The translations under genes and the position numbers were made by a program. A stretch of DNA of 64,000 nucleotides, taken from Acidobacteriota bacterium (lineage in GTDB: Bacteria > Acidobacteriota > Thermoanaerobaculia > UBA5066 > Gp7-AA6). The notes beneath the pieces are model-generated. The model had not been told where the DNA came from. It made no database searches and saw only the letters and a list, made by a program, of their open reading frames with translations. The DNA lies in contig JAIVJS010000001.1 in assembly GCA_020199905.1 (NCBI GenBank), positions 61,069 through 125,068 on the forward strand. The letters run 5' to 3'. The first letter of the stretch is position 1. Each line of letters begins with the position of its first letter. This document shows positions 54,392 to 62,727 of the stretch, in pieces.

Positions 54392-56365
54392 TTACTCTTT
54401 CTTTTCCAGCACCCGGATCGGGAGCACGATCGCCTGGAGCCCCGCAAACTGGAGCCGGCGCTGGATCCCGAACGCCGTTTCGTTGTGAAGGATTCGATAG
54501 TAGAACCGGTCGTTCTGGAAGACGAGCTGGCCGAGGTAGAAAACGGCGCGCGGAAACTCTTCCCGGATCTTTTCGCAGAGGTCGACCACGGCGCTGACGG
54601 CCTCGGTGCCGATTCCGTAGCGCCCGACCGCGCGAAACCCGCCGAGCCCCCGTGCGAAGTCCACGTACTTGTCGACGTCCTCGACCGTCTGGGCCTTCAG
54701 GGCTTCGAGCTCATCCGCCCCCTTGAAGTGCGACGAGTCGATGACCCCGACGGAGGCGAAGACGTAGTTCTTGTACAGCCGCGGAAAGAGATTCTGGATC
54801 GAGAGGAGCGTGTGGACGCCCAGGCCCGAGAAGCCGTTCACCAGCATCACCGCGACCGGTTCCTCGCGGGGGATGGTCTCCGGCACGGCTTCGTGATGCA
54901 GGGGCAGGTTCAGCAGCTGATCGTCCAGACGGCGCAGCTGCTCCCGTACGCGCAGGTAGTGACGCTTCACGGAAAAGGCGACCGCGATGACGCTCGCTGT
55001 CACGACCACGGTCACCCAGCCGCCCTCTCCGAACTTTTCATAAATCGTGACGACGAGGATCGAGCCGCAGAGGACCAGTCCGGTGAACTGGAGGGCGAAG
55101 CTCCGCATCCAGCCCGGCGTCCCACGCTGGAGCCACCAGTGGCGCGTCATGCCGAGCAGCGTCAGGCTGAAGGTCAGGAAGACGTTGATGGCGTACATGA
55201 CGAGCAGCAGGGAAACGGAGCCGTGCGTATAGACGAGGGTGGCGAACGCGGCGAGCCCCATGAGCCAGATTCCGTTGTTGGTCACGAGGCGGTCGGAGAG
55301 CTGCGCGAAGCGCCGGGGAGCCCACGAATCCGTGGCCATGTTCGCCAGGATCCGCGGCCCGTCGAGGAACCCCGTCTGGGCGGCGACGAAGAGCAGGCAT
55401 CCCGCGGAGATCAGCGTCACCACGACGAGAGTCGGCCCGATCGAGAGTCCGCCGACGGTCCACCCGTCGAAGACACGATCGGCCAGAACGGCGTTCATCA
55501 CCTTCGTCGGGTGAGGGCGGGAGCCGGTCAGGAGATACGCCAGGATGATGCCGCTCGCCGTGAAGGCCAGGGAGACGGCCATGTAGAGCATCGTCTTTTT
55601 CGCGTTGGGCACCTTGGGCTCGCGGAGAATCTGCACGCCGTTCGATACCGCTTCGATTCCCGTGTACGCGCCGCCGCCGAGCGAATACGCCCGCAGGATG
55701 ATCAGGAACATCGGAAGAAACCCGATCGAAAGAGAGGTGTTCTTCGCCTCGCGGACCGCGCCGGAGAAGACGGCGGGGAGCGCGAAGAAGTGCTGCGCGA
55801 GCGCGGCCGTGATCATGAGGAAATGGGTCGCGATGAAGAGGAGAAAGATCGGAACCAGGATCGTGACGCTCTCCTTGATCCCTCGCAGGTTCAGGAGGAC
55901 GAGGAGCGCCAGGATCACGAGCTTGGAGCCGAACTGGAAGGAGTGGAGGCGCTCGGGCAGAAAACTGAAGATCTGATCCACACCGGAGGCCGCGGAGGTC
56001 GAGATCGTCAGCACGTAGTCCACGATCAGGGCGCAACCGGAGACGACCCCGAAGCGCGGGCCCAGGAGCTTTGTTGCCACCAGGTACCCGCCGCCGCCCC
56101 CGGGAAACAGCTCGATGACTTTGCTGTAGCAGGCGGAGATGATGAGGACCGTTCCGGCGATCATGGCGGCGAGCAGCACCGCGAGATAGGCATGGGAGCC
56201 CAGGGCTTTGAAGGCCTCCTCGGGTCCGTAGGCGGAGGAGGAGAGGCCGTCGGCGCCGAGACCCACCCAGGCGAGGAAGGCGACGAGAGTGACGTGATGG
56301 AAGATCTGCGGATCAAGAGGATCGCGGGCCTTCCCGACGAGTATCGTTTTGAGGGTGCTGGGCAA
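54392..56365 (-). CDS. APC-superfamily amino-acid permease with a large C-terminal cytoplasmic domain
   Basis: Twelve TM-like segments. The N-terminal consensus LKTILVGKARDPLDPQIFHHVTLVAFLAWVGLGADGLSSSAYGPEE is typical of this family. The true start is probably TTG 56365 (MPSTLKT...). The track ORF extends to 56575 through a low-complexity Gly/Ala/Arg stretch. About 240 aa follow the last TM helix. Confidence 0.7.
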   Translation of the reverse strand: MPSTLKTILVGKARDPLDPQIFHHVTLVAFLAWVGLGADGLSSSAYGPEEAFKALGSHAYLAVLLAAMIAGTVLIISACYSKVIELFPGGGGGYLVATKLLGPRFGVVSGCALIVDYVLTISTSAASGVDQIFSFLPERLHSFQFGSKLVILALLVLLNLRGIKESVTILVPIFLLFIATHFLMITAALAQHFFALPAVFSGAVREAKNTSLSIGFLPMFLIILRAYSLGGGAYTGIEAVSNGVQILREPKVPNAKKTMLYMAVSLAFTASGIILAYLLTGSRPHPTKVMNAVLADRVFDGWTVGGLSIGPTLVVVTLISAGCLLFVAAQTGFLDGPRILANMATDSWAPRRFAQLSDRLVTNNGIWLMGLAAFATLVYTHGSVSLLLVMYAINVFLTFSLTLLGMTRHWWLQRGTPGWMRSFALQFTGLVLCGSILVVTIYEKFGEGGWVTVVVTASVIAVAFSVKRHYLRVREQLRRLDDQLLNLPLHHEAVPETIPREEPVAVMLVNGFSGLGVHTLLSIQNLFPRLYKNYVFASVGVIDSSHFKGADELEALKAQTVEDVDKYVDFARGLGGFRAVGRYGIGTEAVSAVVDLCEKIREEFPRAVFYLGQLVFQNDRFYYRILHNETAFGIQRRLQFAGLQAIVLPIRVLEKKE

Positions 56366-56724
56366 AGCGTGACCGGCGGCGATTATTGAGGCGGCCGGCT
56401 CGGGTGTCAAACCCGCGCCGGCGGAGGCCTCCCGGATCTCCGTTCTTCCGGTCGAACGTGCATTTTGGGTGCCCTCCGGCGGCTCGAGAGCATATGATCC
56501 CCGTAGGCCAGCGGGTTGCCGGGCGTCCGAAGCTCTCGAGAGACCGGCGCCGACGGTTCCCGATGAAGGACCCACCCGGACTGGTCAATGGTGGCAAGGT
56601 CCGCAGAAAACGCCCGAAATCAATCCGAGCACGGGTCGAGTTTCGTAATTTCGAGGTGGGATCGATTGACGAAGGTTTTTGACGTCCGCGGCGCAATTTC
56701 GCGCCTCGAGGCTGAGGAGGATGA

Positions 56725-57042
56725 ATGAAGAAGGTATTTGCTCTCTCGCTGGTGGCTGTGCTGTGTCTGGCGGTCGTCGCGGTGGCCGGGGACGACAAGA
56801 TGATGGGCAAGGGAAAGATGGGCGGCGCCAGCGAAGGCACCGTCTCGAAGCTCGACATGGCCGGGAAGATGATGATGGTCAAGGACAGCGCCGGCAAGGA
56901 ATCCACGATCTATTGGAACGATTCCACGAAGGTCGAGGGCGGGGAGCTCAAGGAAGGCGCCCTCGTTAACTACAAGGGCGCGGAGAAGGACGGCAAGATG
57001 TGGGCGACCTGGGTCCACGTCGGCGAAATGAAAAAGATGTGA
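56725..57042 (+). CDS. Small periplasmic Met/Lys-rich protein (possible CusF-like OB-fold metal-binding protein)
   Basis: GAGGAGG 6 nt upstream of the ATG. Signal peptide MKKVFALSLVAVLCLAVVAVAG. Met-rich motifs (KMMGKGKMGG, GKMMMVKD) and conserved Trp (WATWVHV). GC is lower than the surroundings. Confidence 0.6.
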   Translation: MKKVFALSLVAVLCLAVVAVAGDDKMMGKGKMGGASEGTVSKLDMAGKMMMVKDSAGKESTIYWNDSTKVEGGELKEGALVNYKGAEKDGKMWATWVHVGEMKKM

Positions 57043-57056
57043 ATCCGGAGAAAAAA

Positions 57057-57080
57057 GGGCGGCACGGACCGCCCTTTTTT
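57057..57080 (+). terminator. Rho-independent terminator (GGGCGG-cacgga-CCGCCC-TTTTTT)
   Basis: A perfect 6-bp GC stem with a 6-nt loop followed by T6, 15 nt after the stop of the Met-rich protein gene. Confidence 0.75.
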
Positions 57081-57537
57081 CTGTTCTGAGTTCTCAGTCG
57101 TTCCCCCGCATCCGAGGAGCACGGGGTTGAAATCTCACCGTTTCCCCGCGCCGCCCTTCCCCTTTCGCCTCCAGGGGCCATTTGAGTGAAAAATGACCAG
57201 AATTGACGCGCATTCCGACTAGAATTCGCCAACGGCCTCACGACGATTCCTCCCGCGGCGCCTCGTCGCCCTCCTGTTCCTGCTCCTCTCCGGCGGGCCG
57301 CTCTCGCTTCGCGCGGAGCGCAAGACGCCGCCCGGCGCCGCGGCGGCGCAGCGCGAGCCGGAAGCGGAAAGCGAGAAGGAGGACGGCCCCGGGCAGATTC
57401 GCGAACGCGTTCGCCTCTATCTGAAGAGACATTCCGAGAACGGCCGGATCGATCCGGAGCGCCGCCTCGAAAAGGTCGCCGCCGAATACACGCGGTTTCG
57501 GGACGAGGAACGGCGCGGCGGCCGCGCGAGGCTGTCC

Positions 57538-60500
57538 GTGGGAGGCTCGACGTGGGTGTCTCTCGGTCCGACGAACGGCGCGGGCCGCATGACGGGGATC
57601 TCTCCTCACCCGACCGACGTCGGAACCGTGCTCGCCGGAGCGGCGGGCGGGGGAGTCTGGAAGACGACGGACGGCGGGGCGAGCTGGGTTTCGCTGACGG
57701 ATGGTTTGAACGACCTGTCGGTGGGAGCGGTCGCCTACGCGCCGTCCTCACCCAACGTCGTCTACCTCGGAACCGGGGAGGGGAGCTACGCGGTCGACTT
57801 CATCCCCGGGATCGGGCTTCTGAAGTCCACGGACGGGGGCGCCACCTGGACCTTGCCCTCCTCGGTCCTGGCGTCACGCTTCCATCGGATCAACGTGCAC
57901 CCGACGAACCCGAACGAGCTGCTGGTGGGGACGAGCCGCGGAGCGCTGCGATCCACCGACGGCGGGGCGAGCTGGGAGACGGTGATCTCGCCGACCGCTT
58001 ACGGGGACGTTCCGGAGATCCTGCGGGACCCGACCGATCCCCGGAACCTCTTCGCCACCACGTGGTGCATCTCGGGAGGGTGCACGTTCAAGACGGCGCA
58101 CGTCCTGAAGTCGACGGACGGAGGCGCCACCTGGACGGACCGCAGCTTCGGTCTGCCGACCGCGAACCCGTCGGACTTCGCCTACGAGCGCACCGCCCTC
58201 GCGCTCTCTCCTTCGAACACGTCGGTCCTCTACGCCGCGCGATCGGTCCGGCCGGCGGCGGGCACGATCATTTCCCACGTCTACAGGACCGTGGACGGCG
58301 GCGCTACATGGACGGACCTGCCCTCGGTGAGCGCACGGAACAGCCGGTATCTCGCCGACCAGTCCTGGTACAACAACACGATCATCGTCTCTCCAACCGA
58401 CTCCAACACGGTAATCGCCGGCGGGACGAGATACCTGCGCTCGACCGACGGCGGAGCCAACTTCACCCCCGTGCTCGACGGGGAGGTCCACGTGGACGCG
58501 CACGACCTGCGGTACCAGGGATCGACGCTCTGGTTCGCCAATGACGGGGGCGTGTGGACGAGCGTCGACGACGGGATCTCCTCGACCGACCGGAACAACG
58601 GGCTCGTGACGCGCCAGTACTACGCGCTCGCGATCGACCCCATCAACCGCAACCGGATTCTCGCCGGCGCGCAGGACAACGGCACCAATCAGCGGATGGA
58701 CGGGGGAGGGACGGTCTGGCGCCCGGTCATCGGCTCCGACGGCTTCGAGTGCGTCGTGAATCCCTTCTCGCCGGCGATCGCCTGGGGGAGCACGCAGCAG
58801 GGACAGATCTTCCGGAGCCGGAACGTCGGCGCCTCGACGGATCCCTCGTTCCAGTCCGTGACCCCGCCCTACGACGCCAACGAGGAGACACCGTTCCTGA
58901 CGGTCCTCCGCAACGACCCGCGCGCCCCTCAGACGATCTATACCGGCTCTTACCGTCTCTGGCGCTCGCGCGACGGCGGCACCGTGTGGGTCCCCCTCCC
59001 CACGACGACCACAGACGGCTCGGCCTGGCCCAGGTCCACGACCGTGACGTCGCTGGCGCTCTCGCGCACGGATCCTCTTCTGATCCTGGTCGGCAAGGAA
59101 AACGGCATCTACCGGTCCGGTGACGGAGGCCAGACCTGGACACCGGCGACCGGAGTTCCGGATCGGGTGCTGACCAATCTCGAGATCGACCCGACCAACT
59201 CCGGCATCGCCTACGCCACCTTCTCCGCGATCACCTTGCCGAGCGTGTACCGGAGCGTCGACGGCGGGTTGACCTGGGCGCCGAGCGCGTCCGGCCTTCC
59301 GGCATTTCCCTCGCAGGTGATCCGCGTCGATCCGACCGATTCCAACGTCGTGTTCGTCGGCACCGACGTCGGCGTCTTCCGTTCGCCGGACCGGGGGGCG
59401 ACGTGGAGCCGTTTCGGCACAGGCCTTCCGAGCTCCTCGGTCCACGACCTGCAGGTGCTGGACGACGGTTCCATGCTCCGTGTCGCGACGCACGGGCGCG
59501 GAATCTGGGAGCTGCAGGTGCCGGCGACCGGAAACAATCCGCCCGTCCCGACCGTCGTCGCTCCCGCGTCGTCGATCGCCGTCCCGCTCGGAACGACGGT
59601 GTCCTTCTCCGGGACGGTGACGGATCCGGATCCTGGAGACACCGCCTCCGGAACCTGGTTCTTCCCGGACACGTCCGAGAACATCCCGCTGCCGGGCGGG
59701 GCGGGCACGGTGGCACACACGTTCCGGCGTGCGGGCTCCTTCCCGGTCGCGCTCTCGGCTCGCGATTCCCGCGGCGCTCTCGGCACCGCCGTCGTTCAGG
59801 TGTCCGTGACGGACAGCGGAGACGCGTGCGCGACGCCGGTCGTGATCCCATCCAACGGTCCCTTCCCGTACGCCGTCCTCGCCAGCAGCGAGTCCGCGAC
59901 GACGGAGGCAACGGATCCTTCGCCCTCGTGCTGGGTGAGCGCCAAGGCGGCGTCGCTCTGGTTCGAGTACACGCCCCCGGCCGACGGCCAGTATGAGATC
60001 TCGACGTGCGGGAGCGCACCCGACACCGTTCTCTCCGTTTTCACCGGCGCCGCGTGCGGTCCGTACACGCCCGTTTCCGGCGGGTGCAATGACGACGCCC
60101 CCGCGTCCTCCGGATGCGGAACACAGGCTTCCCTCGTGACCGTGACCGGCAGGGCGGGACAGACGTTCCGGATCCAGGCCACCGGTTTCGATGAGTCCAG
60201 TCTCGGCTCGTTCGCCCTGAACGTGAGGCCGATTTCCGTGCCGGCGTCTTCGCCCCGGGTCGGCGGAGTGAACGCCGGCGAGGGTCCGGCGCCCGGCGGG
60301 ACCACGGTGCTGATCACGGGCAGCGGATTCCAGAACGATGCCACGGTCTCTTTCGGCGGCGTCGCGGGCACCGACGTCGTCGTCCTCGCGCCGACGCTTC
60401 TCTCCGTGCGAACGCCGGCGCACGCGCCCGGAGACGTGGACGTCTCGGTGACCTCGGGCGGCGGGACCGGGACGCTCTCCCGCGCGTTCGCGTTCACCCC

Positions 60501-60852
60501 GTACACCCCGGTGGCCTGCGCGCCGGGCGATTCGACGCTCTGCATGAACGGCGGCCGCTTTCGCGCTCAGGTCGTCTGGCGTGTTCCGACGCAGAACGCG
60601 GCCGGCCTCGCCTCGGCGGTCGCCCTGACCGGCGATACGGGCTATTTCTGGTTCTTCTCGTCGAACAACATCGAGCTCGTCGTGAAAGTCGTCGACGGCC
60701 GAGGCTTCAATGGCAAATTCTGGGTGTTCTACGGCGCTCTCTCGAACGTGGAGTACACCCTGACCGTCACGGACATCGTGACGGGAGCGGTCCGCGTCTA
60801 CACGAATCCCAGCGGGTTACTGTCGAGCGTCGCGGACACCTCCGCGTTCTAG
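57538..60852 (+). CDS. Large extracellular multidomain protein: about 10 BNR/Asp-box (SxDxGxTW) repeats, PKD domain, PPC-like domain, IPT/TIG domain, and a conserved C-terminal domain of unknown function
   Basis: Repeated TTDGGASW / STDGGATW / TVDGGATW motifs. PKD-like VTDPDPGDTASGTWFFPD...GSFPVALSARDSRGALG. IPT-like TTVLITGSGFQNDATVSFGGVAGTDVVVLAPTLLSVRTPAHAPGDVDVSV. The track start is GTG 57538. An in-frame ATG (57193) and a Tat-like signal peptide lie upstream, separated from the ORF by a TAG at 57220-57222 (see findings). Confidence 0.8.
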   Translation: MGGSTWVSLGPTNGAGRMTGISPHPTDVGTVLAGAAGGGVWKTTDGGASWVSLTDGLNDLSVGAVAYAPSSPNVVYLGTGEGSYAVDFIPGIGLLKSTDGGATWTLPSSVLASRFHRINVHPTNPNELLVGTSRGALRSTDGGASWETVISPTAYGDVPEILRDPTDPRNLFATTWCISGGCTFKTAHVLKSTDGGATWTDRSFGLPTANPSDFAYERTALALSPSNTSVLYAARSVRPAAGTIISHVYRTVDGGATWTDLPSVSARNSRYLADQSWYNNTIIVSPTDSNTVIAGGTRYLRSTDGGANFTPVLDGEVHVDAHDLRYQGSTLWFANDGGVWTSVDDGISSTDRNNGLVTRQYYALAIDPINRNRILAGAQDNGTNQRMDGGGTVWRPVIGSDGFECVVNPFSPAIAWGSTQQGQIFRSRNVGASTDPSFQSVTPPYDANEETPFLTVLRNDPRAPQTIYTGSYRLWRSRDGGTVWVPLPTTTTDGSAWPRSTTVTSLALSRTDPLLILVGKENGIYRSGDGGQTWTPATGVPDRVLTNLEIDPTNSGIAYATFSAITLPSVYRSVDGGLTWAPSASGLPAFPSQVIRVDPTDSNVVFVGTDVGVFRSPDRGATWSRFGTGLPSSSVHDLQVLDDGSMLRVATHGRGIWELQVPATGNNPPVPTVVAPASSIAVPLGTTVSFSGTVTDPDPGDTASGTWFFPDTSENIPLPGGAGTVAHTFRRAGSFPVALSARDSRGALGTAVVQVSVTDSGDACATPVVIPSNGPFPYAVLASSESATTEATDPSPSCWVSAKAASLWFEYTPPADGQYEISTCGSAPDTVLSVFTGAACGPYTPVSGGCNDDAPASSGCGTQASLVTVTGRAGQTFRIQATGFDESSLGSFALNVRPISVPASSPRVGGVNAGEGPAPGGTTVLITGSGFQNDATVSFGGVAGTDVVVLAPTLLSVRTPAHAPGDVDVSVTSGGGTGTLSRAFAFTPYTPVACAPGDSTLCMNGGRFRAQVVWRVPTQNAAGLASAVALTGDTGYFWFFSSNNIELVVKVVDGRGFNGKFWVFYGALSNVEYTLTVTDIVTGAVRVYTNPSGLLSSVADTSAF

Positions 60853-60924
60853 ATCCTCCAGCGGGAACCGGGCCCTCCCATCGCCGGCGCGTCTGTGAAA
60901 GGATCTCTTCAAAAGGAGATCCCC

Positions 60925-61407
60925 ATGAAATTCCGTTCCGGCGCCCCGGCGGTCCTGGTCCTCCTCGCGCTCCTCGTCTCGTCAACGACCCTCGCCAGCA
61001 CGGGCGTCATCTCCGTCACGATCACGGGGACCACGACTCCGCCGCCGAACCCGCTGACTCTCAGTTTTTTCAATAACACCACGCTGGAGGTGATGGCGGC
61101 GCTCCCGGTCGTCAGCACGGTGACGGGCAGCCCTGCTTCGATCGCGGCTTCCCTGAACATGGGAACGACCCTTTTCAACACCTGCGGCAGCACGGCGTGC
61201 AGCGGCGATCTCTGGGCGGGGCAGTGGACGATCGTTTCTGCTCCGACGGGGATACAGGCGGTGGCCGCGTATCAGGGATCTTCGATCAGGCTCGTCAACA
61301 ATTCGGGCTCGAGCGTCAACCTCACCCTGCGTTGTCAGGTGGGGAACATGACCGGCTCCTGCATCTTTCTCATCCGCATCACGCCGATCAGCGACCCCCT
61401 GTTCTGA
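60925..61407 (+). CDS. Small secreted Thr/Ser-rich protein with four conserved Cys; intact member of a paralog family
   Basis: ATG at 60925 with AAGGAG 7 nt upstream (the track's earlier start at 60895 lies inside a hairpin). Signal peptide MKFRSGAPAVLVLLALLVSSTTLAS. Cys pairs at NTCGSTAC and RCQVGNMTGSC. Paralogous to 3574-4024 and to the remnant at 61521. Confidence 0.65.
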   Translation: MKFRSGAPAVLVLLALLVSSTTLASTGVISVTITGTTTPPPNPLTLSFFNNTTLEVMAALPVVSTVTGSPASIAASLNMGTTLFNTCGSTACSGDLWAGQWTIVSAPTGIQAVAAYQGSSIRLVNNSGSSVNLTLRCQVGNMTGSCIFLIRITPISDPLF

Positions 61408-61520
61408 GAGGCCCGTCCCTTCGCGCGTTTCGGAACGAGGAACGCGACGAGCGCGACGTCCCTGGATGCGGTTCCGATCCCTCCGTGACAGGATCCACGG
61501 AAAGGGAGGAGCTCACGAAA

Positions 61521-61580
61521 ATGCGTCCCGGCGTCCTCGCTGTCGTTGCACTCTTCGCCTCCACGACCGCCCCTGGCTGA
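61521..61580 (+). pseudogene. Signal-peptide-only remnant (19 codons) of the small secreted protein family
   Basis: AAGGGAGGAG 8 nt upstream of the ATG. Encodes MRPGVLAVVALFASTTAPG then TGA, resembling the signal peptide of the neighbouring paralog. Nothing homologous follows. Confidence 0.35.
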
Positions 61581-61962
61581 GACCGAGGCGTTGTTGTCTA
61601 CGGGGGTGCGGGTTCCGCGACCCCCGCTTCCACGGCCGTCAGATACGCCCCGCCCTCTGCAGAAGGAACTGGAGCCCGACGGTCGTTTTCCCGACGCCCG
61701 GGTCGCCCTGGAGAGGTAGAGGCGATGGCGGGGGAGCCCCCCCGCCGAGGACCTCGTCAGACCGGGGATTCCGCTGGGGGCCGGAGACCGGAGGCTGTCG
61801 GGCATCAGGTCTTCCTCAAAACCATCGTAAAGGTCGCGATCGTCATATCTTTCAACGCGTGCGTTGCCGCTGCATTGAAGAACCGTGCCTCCCGGCGGGG
61901 AGTCCCCAAAGCGCCGCGATTCTCTACCGGGATCGCCTCCTCGGGAAGATGGGCCCGCGGGG

Positions 61963-62727
61963 ATGATCAGTCCCGAAACCCCTCCCGACGAGAGGCCGGC
62001 CGACGTTTACTACTACGGGACCTGCCTCGTCGATCTCTTCTACCCGGAGGCAGGGCTCTCCGGGATCCGGCTGCTCGAAAGGGAGGGCGTCCGGGTCGTC
62101 TACCCCCAGGGCCAGACGTGCTGCGGCCAGCCGGCCTACAACTCCGGATATTCCTCGGAGGCGCGAGCGGTGGCGAGAAGCCAGATCGAGCGTTTCTCCC
62201 GGCCCTGGCCCGTCGTGGTTCCCTCGGGCTCGTGCGCGGGGATGATGAAGCACTACTACCCGTCGCTGTTCGACGGGGATCCTTTCCTGGAGCGGGCGCT
62301 GGAGTTCGCCGGTCGCATTCACGAGTTGACGTCGTTCCTCGTCCGCGTGCTTCGGGTGCGGCTGGTCGACCGGGGAGAGCCGGCCCGGGTCACGTGGCAT
62401 ACGTCCTGTCATGCGTTGCGGGAAATGGGGATCCGCGACGAGCCGGCGTCCCTCCTGGCGCAGCTCGAGCGCGTCGAGGTGATCCCGCTCGCCCGCGAAA
62501 GCGAGTGCTGCGGGTTCGGCGGCACGTTCGCGGTGAGGCACCCGGAGATCTCCGCGGCGATGGTCGAGGACAAGGCGGCGGCCGTCGCCGCGACCGGAGC
62601 GCCGACCCTTCTCTCCGGGGACGGAGGCTGTCTCCTGAACATCGCCGGCCGGCTCGAGGCGACCGGGCAGCGCGTGCGGCCGGTGCACATCGCCCAATTT
62701 CTGTGGGAGCGCACGCGTGCCCGTTGA
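61963..62727 (+). CDS. lutA: L-lactate utilization protein LutA-like (Fe-S) oxidoreductase (CCG domain)
   Basis: ATG at 61963 (MISPETP...VYYYGTCLVDLFYPEAG). Cys-rich CCG motifs (GQTCCGQPAYNSGY; ESECCGFGGTFAV). Confidence 0.8.
   Translation: MISPETPPDERPADVYYYGTCLVDLFYPEAGLSGIRLLEREGVRVVYPQGQTCCGQPAYNSGYSSEARAVARSQIERFSRPWPVVVPSGSCAGMMKHYYPSLFDGDPFLERALEFAGRIHELTSFLVRVLRVRLVDRGEPARVTWHTSCHALREMGIRDEPASLLAQLERVEVIPLARESECCGFGGTFAVRHPEISAAMVEDKAAAVAATGAPTLLSGDGGCLLNIAGRLEATGQRVRPVHIAQFLWERTRAR

Noticed and set aside
54485-56389. Track ORF 54485..56389 (+, 634 aa) and 55038..56036 (-)
   Set aside because: Antisense or alternate frames of the APC permease. Arg/Asp/Glu-rich with no TM or domain pattern.
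60895-60924. Track start codon at 60895 for the small secreted protein (MKGSLQKEIPMKF...)
   Set aside because: This start lies inside the SD-containing hairpin and has no SD of its own. The ATG at 60925 has AAGGAG 7 nt upstream and starts a canonical signal peptide.
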